From an uncultured archaeon (GTDB lineage: Archaea > Iainarchaeota > Iainarchaeia > Iainarchaeales > 0-14-0-20-30-16), in contig CAZMGA010000018.1 in NCBI GenBank assembly GCA_964565725.1, positions 2,887 to 11,761 on the forward strand: 8,875 nt of DNA, given 5' to 3'. Below the pieces are notes generated by a model, which was not told the DNA's origin, did not search any database, and saw only the letters and a list, made by a program, of their open reading frames with translations. The translations under genes and the position numbers were made by a program. Positions 6,830 to 8,875 of this stretch are shown here, one piece after another (position 1 is the first letter of the stretch; every line of letters begins with the position of its first letter).

Positions 6830-7369
6830 ATGAATAGATATTTTAATAATAAAGGTCAAGCAGATACTGTTTTTGAAGTTTTAATTGCAGTAATACTATT
6901 AGGTTTTGTTTTAACTATGGGTATTTATGCAATGAATACATTGTCTAATAATAAATGTTCTAAAACTATTGATTTAAAATTAAATGAATTAGTATCAAAT
7001 ATTGAAATATCTGCATCTGGTACATTAGTGTCTAAAGATTTCTTTTTTAGAATGGATAATTGTTTTGGAACTCAATATTCTGTTCAAATGCAAAAACAAA
7101 GTGGAGGTATGTGTAGTTCTTATTGTTTAGGCTCTACAGATTCATGTTATCTTTTGAAATATGAAAATCCCAAAGATAAAGTTTCACAAGTTAGATTTAG
7201 TTGTATTAATATATCTCCATCTTTACAAATAAATCCTACGAGTTGTGGAGAGACTATAGGTAATAATAATAATGTTGATTTTAATAATGGTGAATATAAT
7301 ATTACTAATAGTGCTTTTTCTACAGGTAGTACATTACCATATATTTGTATTAAAAAGGTAGATTCATAA
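6830..7369 (+). CDS. Type IV pilin-like protein with class III-type signal peptide, cysteine-rich
   Basis: ORF track starts at 6791, but Met14 (6830) gives MNRYFNNKGQADTVFEVLIAVILLGFVLTMGIYAMN, a short basic leader, KG|QA processing-like site and hydrophobic helix. Eight Cys residues follow in the mature region. Confidence 0.75.
   Translation: MNRYFNNKGQADTVFEVLIAVILLGFVLTMGIYAMNTLSNNKCSKTIDLKLNELVSNIEISASGTLVSKDFFFRMDNCFGTQYSVQMQKQSGGMCSSYCLGSTDSCYLLKYENPKDKVSQVRFSCINISPSLQINPTSCGETIGNNNNVDFNNGEYNITNSAFSTGSTLPYICIKKVDS
6842..6863 (+). repeat. Copy 1 of a perfect 22-nt direct repeat encoding FNNKGQA
   Basis: TTTAATAATAAAGGTCAAGCAG, identical to 8610-8631. Confidence 0.85.
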
Positions 7370-8016
7370 TGATTGATTTTATTTTATCTAAAATGGGTAT
7401 ATTAATGTTCGCAGTTGCTTTTGCAAGCACTTTATTAATATTTTCCGCTTCAATTAAAGAAGTTTTTTTATCTGATGAATCAATTCAAATAAGTAATTTA
7501 GTTGCAAAACAAATAAAATATATGTCCGAATCTGAAAATTTATGCTCTTCTAAAAGAGTTTTATTGCCAAAATATATTGATATATTTGGATTATCTTCAG
7601 GTTCAAATTCAATTTATTACATTATGAATATTAGTAAATTAGAAACTGATGATGGATCTAATTTTGTTGTTTTTAATATGAGAGATAAAAGAAAAAATAA
7701 AATGATTGCATTAGAGAGTTTTAGAACAAACGCAAATGTTTGGTTTTATAATAATGATGCAATAATAGAATCCGATGTAAATATAGATCCCACAGAATAT
7801 AGGGCAATTTATTTATTGAAATATGTTGCTTCCGAAGATAGTATATTAAAAGACAATTTAGTTTTTGTGCCTTGTAAATTTGAACAAGGTAAACCAGATG
7901 GGGGGTATAAAGATTGTTATGATAAATTAGCTAAAATTAAAACTGACCCCGAATACGCTAATAAGTTTTATTGTGTGCCTACATCTGCATCTAATGATGG
8001 TGATGTTGATGAATAA
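7369..8016 (+). CDS. N-terminally membrane-anchored protein of the pilin-like cluster (215 aa), function unknown
   Basis: Start overlaps the previous stop by 1 nt (TAATG); hydrophobic N-terminus MIDFILSKMGILMFAVAFASTLLIFSASIKEVF; no clear KGQ motif; four Cys. Confidence 0.75.
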   Translation: MIDFILSKMGILMFAVAFASTLLIFSASIKEVFLSDESIQISNLVAKQIKYMSESENLCSSKRVLLPKYIDIFGLSSGSNSIYYIMNISKLETDDGSNFVVFNMRDKRKNKMIALESFRTNANVWFYNNDAIIESDVNIDPTEYRAIYLLKYVASEDSILKDNLVFVPCKFEQGKPDGGYKDCYDKLAKIKTDPEYANKFYCVPTSASNDGDVDE

Positions 8017-8605
8017 AAAAGGTTTTATTGGTTCTATAGGAGATGATTTACCAAGTTTAATTCCTACCTTTTTTGCAATATTAATTTTTTTTACAGGTGT
8101 TGCTTTTGCATTTAACGCTATTAATGATAAAAATGATTATTTAAGTACTTATTTAGATTCTTTAACAATAGCAAAATCAGCATTAGGTGATGGTTCATTT
8201 TCAAGTTATGATGATTTTATAAACACCTCTAAAGATTTAACAGTAATGTCAAATTATATTTTTGGAGTTGTTTATCCTTTGACTACAATAAATTTGGATG
8301 ATATTTTTGAAGATAAAAGAAAATTTTTTATTACTGAATTTGATGAAGGTTTGGCTTTGTATTTTAATGATGGAATATATAAAGGAATAAAAAAATCTAA
8401 TAATCAATTTTCAGATATAAATGATTCTTCTGATTATAATGTTTATTTAGTTACCAGTGAAAATTTAAAACAAGATGTAGATAATGATTTTACTGAAGTG
8501 TTAGAAAATTTAAAAAATAAGGAATTTTTTCAATATGTTTATCCTGTAGAAATTTATACTACTAAAGGATTTTTAACTGCGTATTTAGTTATATTTGTGT
8601 GGTAA
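8009..8605 (+). CDS. N-terminally membrane-anchored pilin-like protein (198 aa from the revised start)
   Basis: ORF track starts at 7973, but Met13 (8009) gives MNKKGFIGSIGDDLPSLIPTFFAILIFFTGVAFAF. GGTGAT at 7999-8004 is a plausible Shine-Dalgarno. Overlaps the previous gene by 8 nt. Confidence 0.72.
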   Translation: MNKKGFIGSIGDDLPSLIPTFFAILIFFTGVAFAFNAINDKNDYLSTYLDSLTIAKSALGDGSFSSYDDFINTSKDLTVMSNYIFGVVYPLTTINLDDIFEDKRKFFITEFDEGLALYFNDGIYKGIKKSNNQFSDINDSSDYNVYLVTSENLKQDVDNDFTEVLENLKNKEFFQYVYPVEIYTTKGFLTAYLVIFVW

Positions 8606-8606
8606 T

Positions 8607-8875
8607 ATGTTTAATAATAAAGGTCAAGCAGCATCAACAGATGCATTATTTTTTTTAACAATAGTTTCTGCAATATTTACTCTAATTGTTGGATATTCTT
8701 TAACTTATGGTAATGATATTACTTCCCAAGCCGATAATTTATATAAAAAAATTTATCATCAAACTGCATTAAAATCATTTTATATTGCGGCACAAGGAAG
8801 AGATGGAAATAATTTTTTAGATGCAAATATTTCTGATTCTATAGCTACAATGTTAAAAGAAGATTATGGTTTAAA
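8607..8875 (+). CDS. Pilin-like protein with class III-type signal peptide, 3'-truncated by the window edge
   Basis: ATG at 8607 follows the previous TAA by 1 nt; open to the edge: MFNNKGQAASTDALFFLTIVSAIFTLIVGYSLTYGNDITSQADNLYKKIYHQTALKSFYIAAQGRDGNNFLDANISDSIATMLKEDYGL. Not in the ORF track. Confidence 0.78.
   Translation, partial: MFNNKGQAASTDALFFLTIVSAIFTLIVGYSLTYGNDITSQADNLYKKIYHQTALKSFYIAAQGRDGNNFLDANISDSIATMLKEDYGL
8610..8631 (+). repeat. Copy 2 of a perfect 22-nt direct repeat encoding FNNKGQA
   Basis: TTTAATAATAAAGGTCAAGCAG, identical to 6842-6863. Confidence 0.85.

Overview
AT-rich window that looks archaeal, probably DPANN-like. This is inferred from KGQ class III-type signal peptides, TATA boxes about 26 nt before start codons, a membrane-anchored winged-helix regulator and a HerA/FtsK-family ATPase. 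No database search was run. Gene order: (1) 3' part of a dnaJ gene, truncated at the left edge and extending upstream of the TTG start in the ORF track; (2) on the minus strand, a secreted helical protein followed directly by a small lipoprotein, ending in a terminator-like hairpin; (3) on the minus strand, a membrane-anchored wHTH regulator, divergent from (4) a plus-strand, sequon-rich, single-TM surface protein; (5) on the minus strand, an 831-aa HerA/FtsK-superfamily ATPase with an acidic N-terminus and a C-terminal winged-helix-like segment; (6) divergent from it, a tight plus-strand cluster of four short N-terminally anchored, pilin-like proteins, the last truncated at the right edge and absent from the ORF track. 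The most interesting feature is the pairing of the ATPase with the pilin-like cluster around one centrally placed TATA-like element, together with two candidate operator regions. No CRISPR array, tRNA, rRNA, transposase or recognisable defence island was seen.
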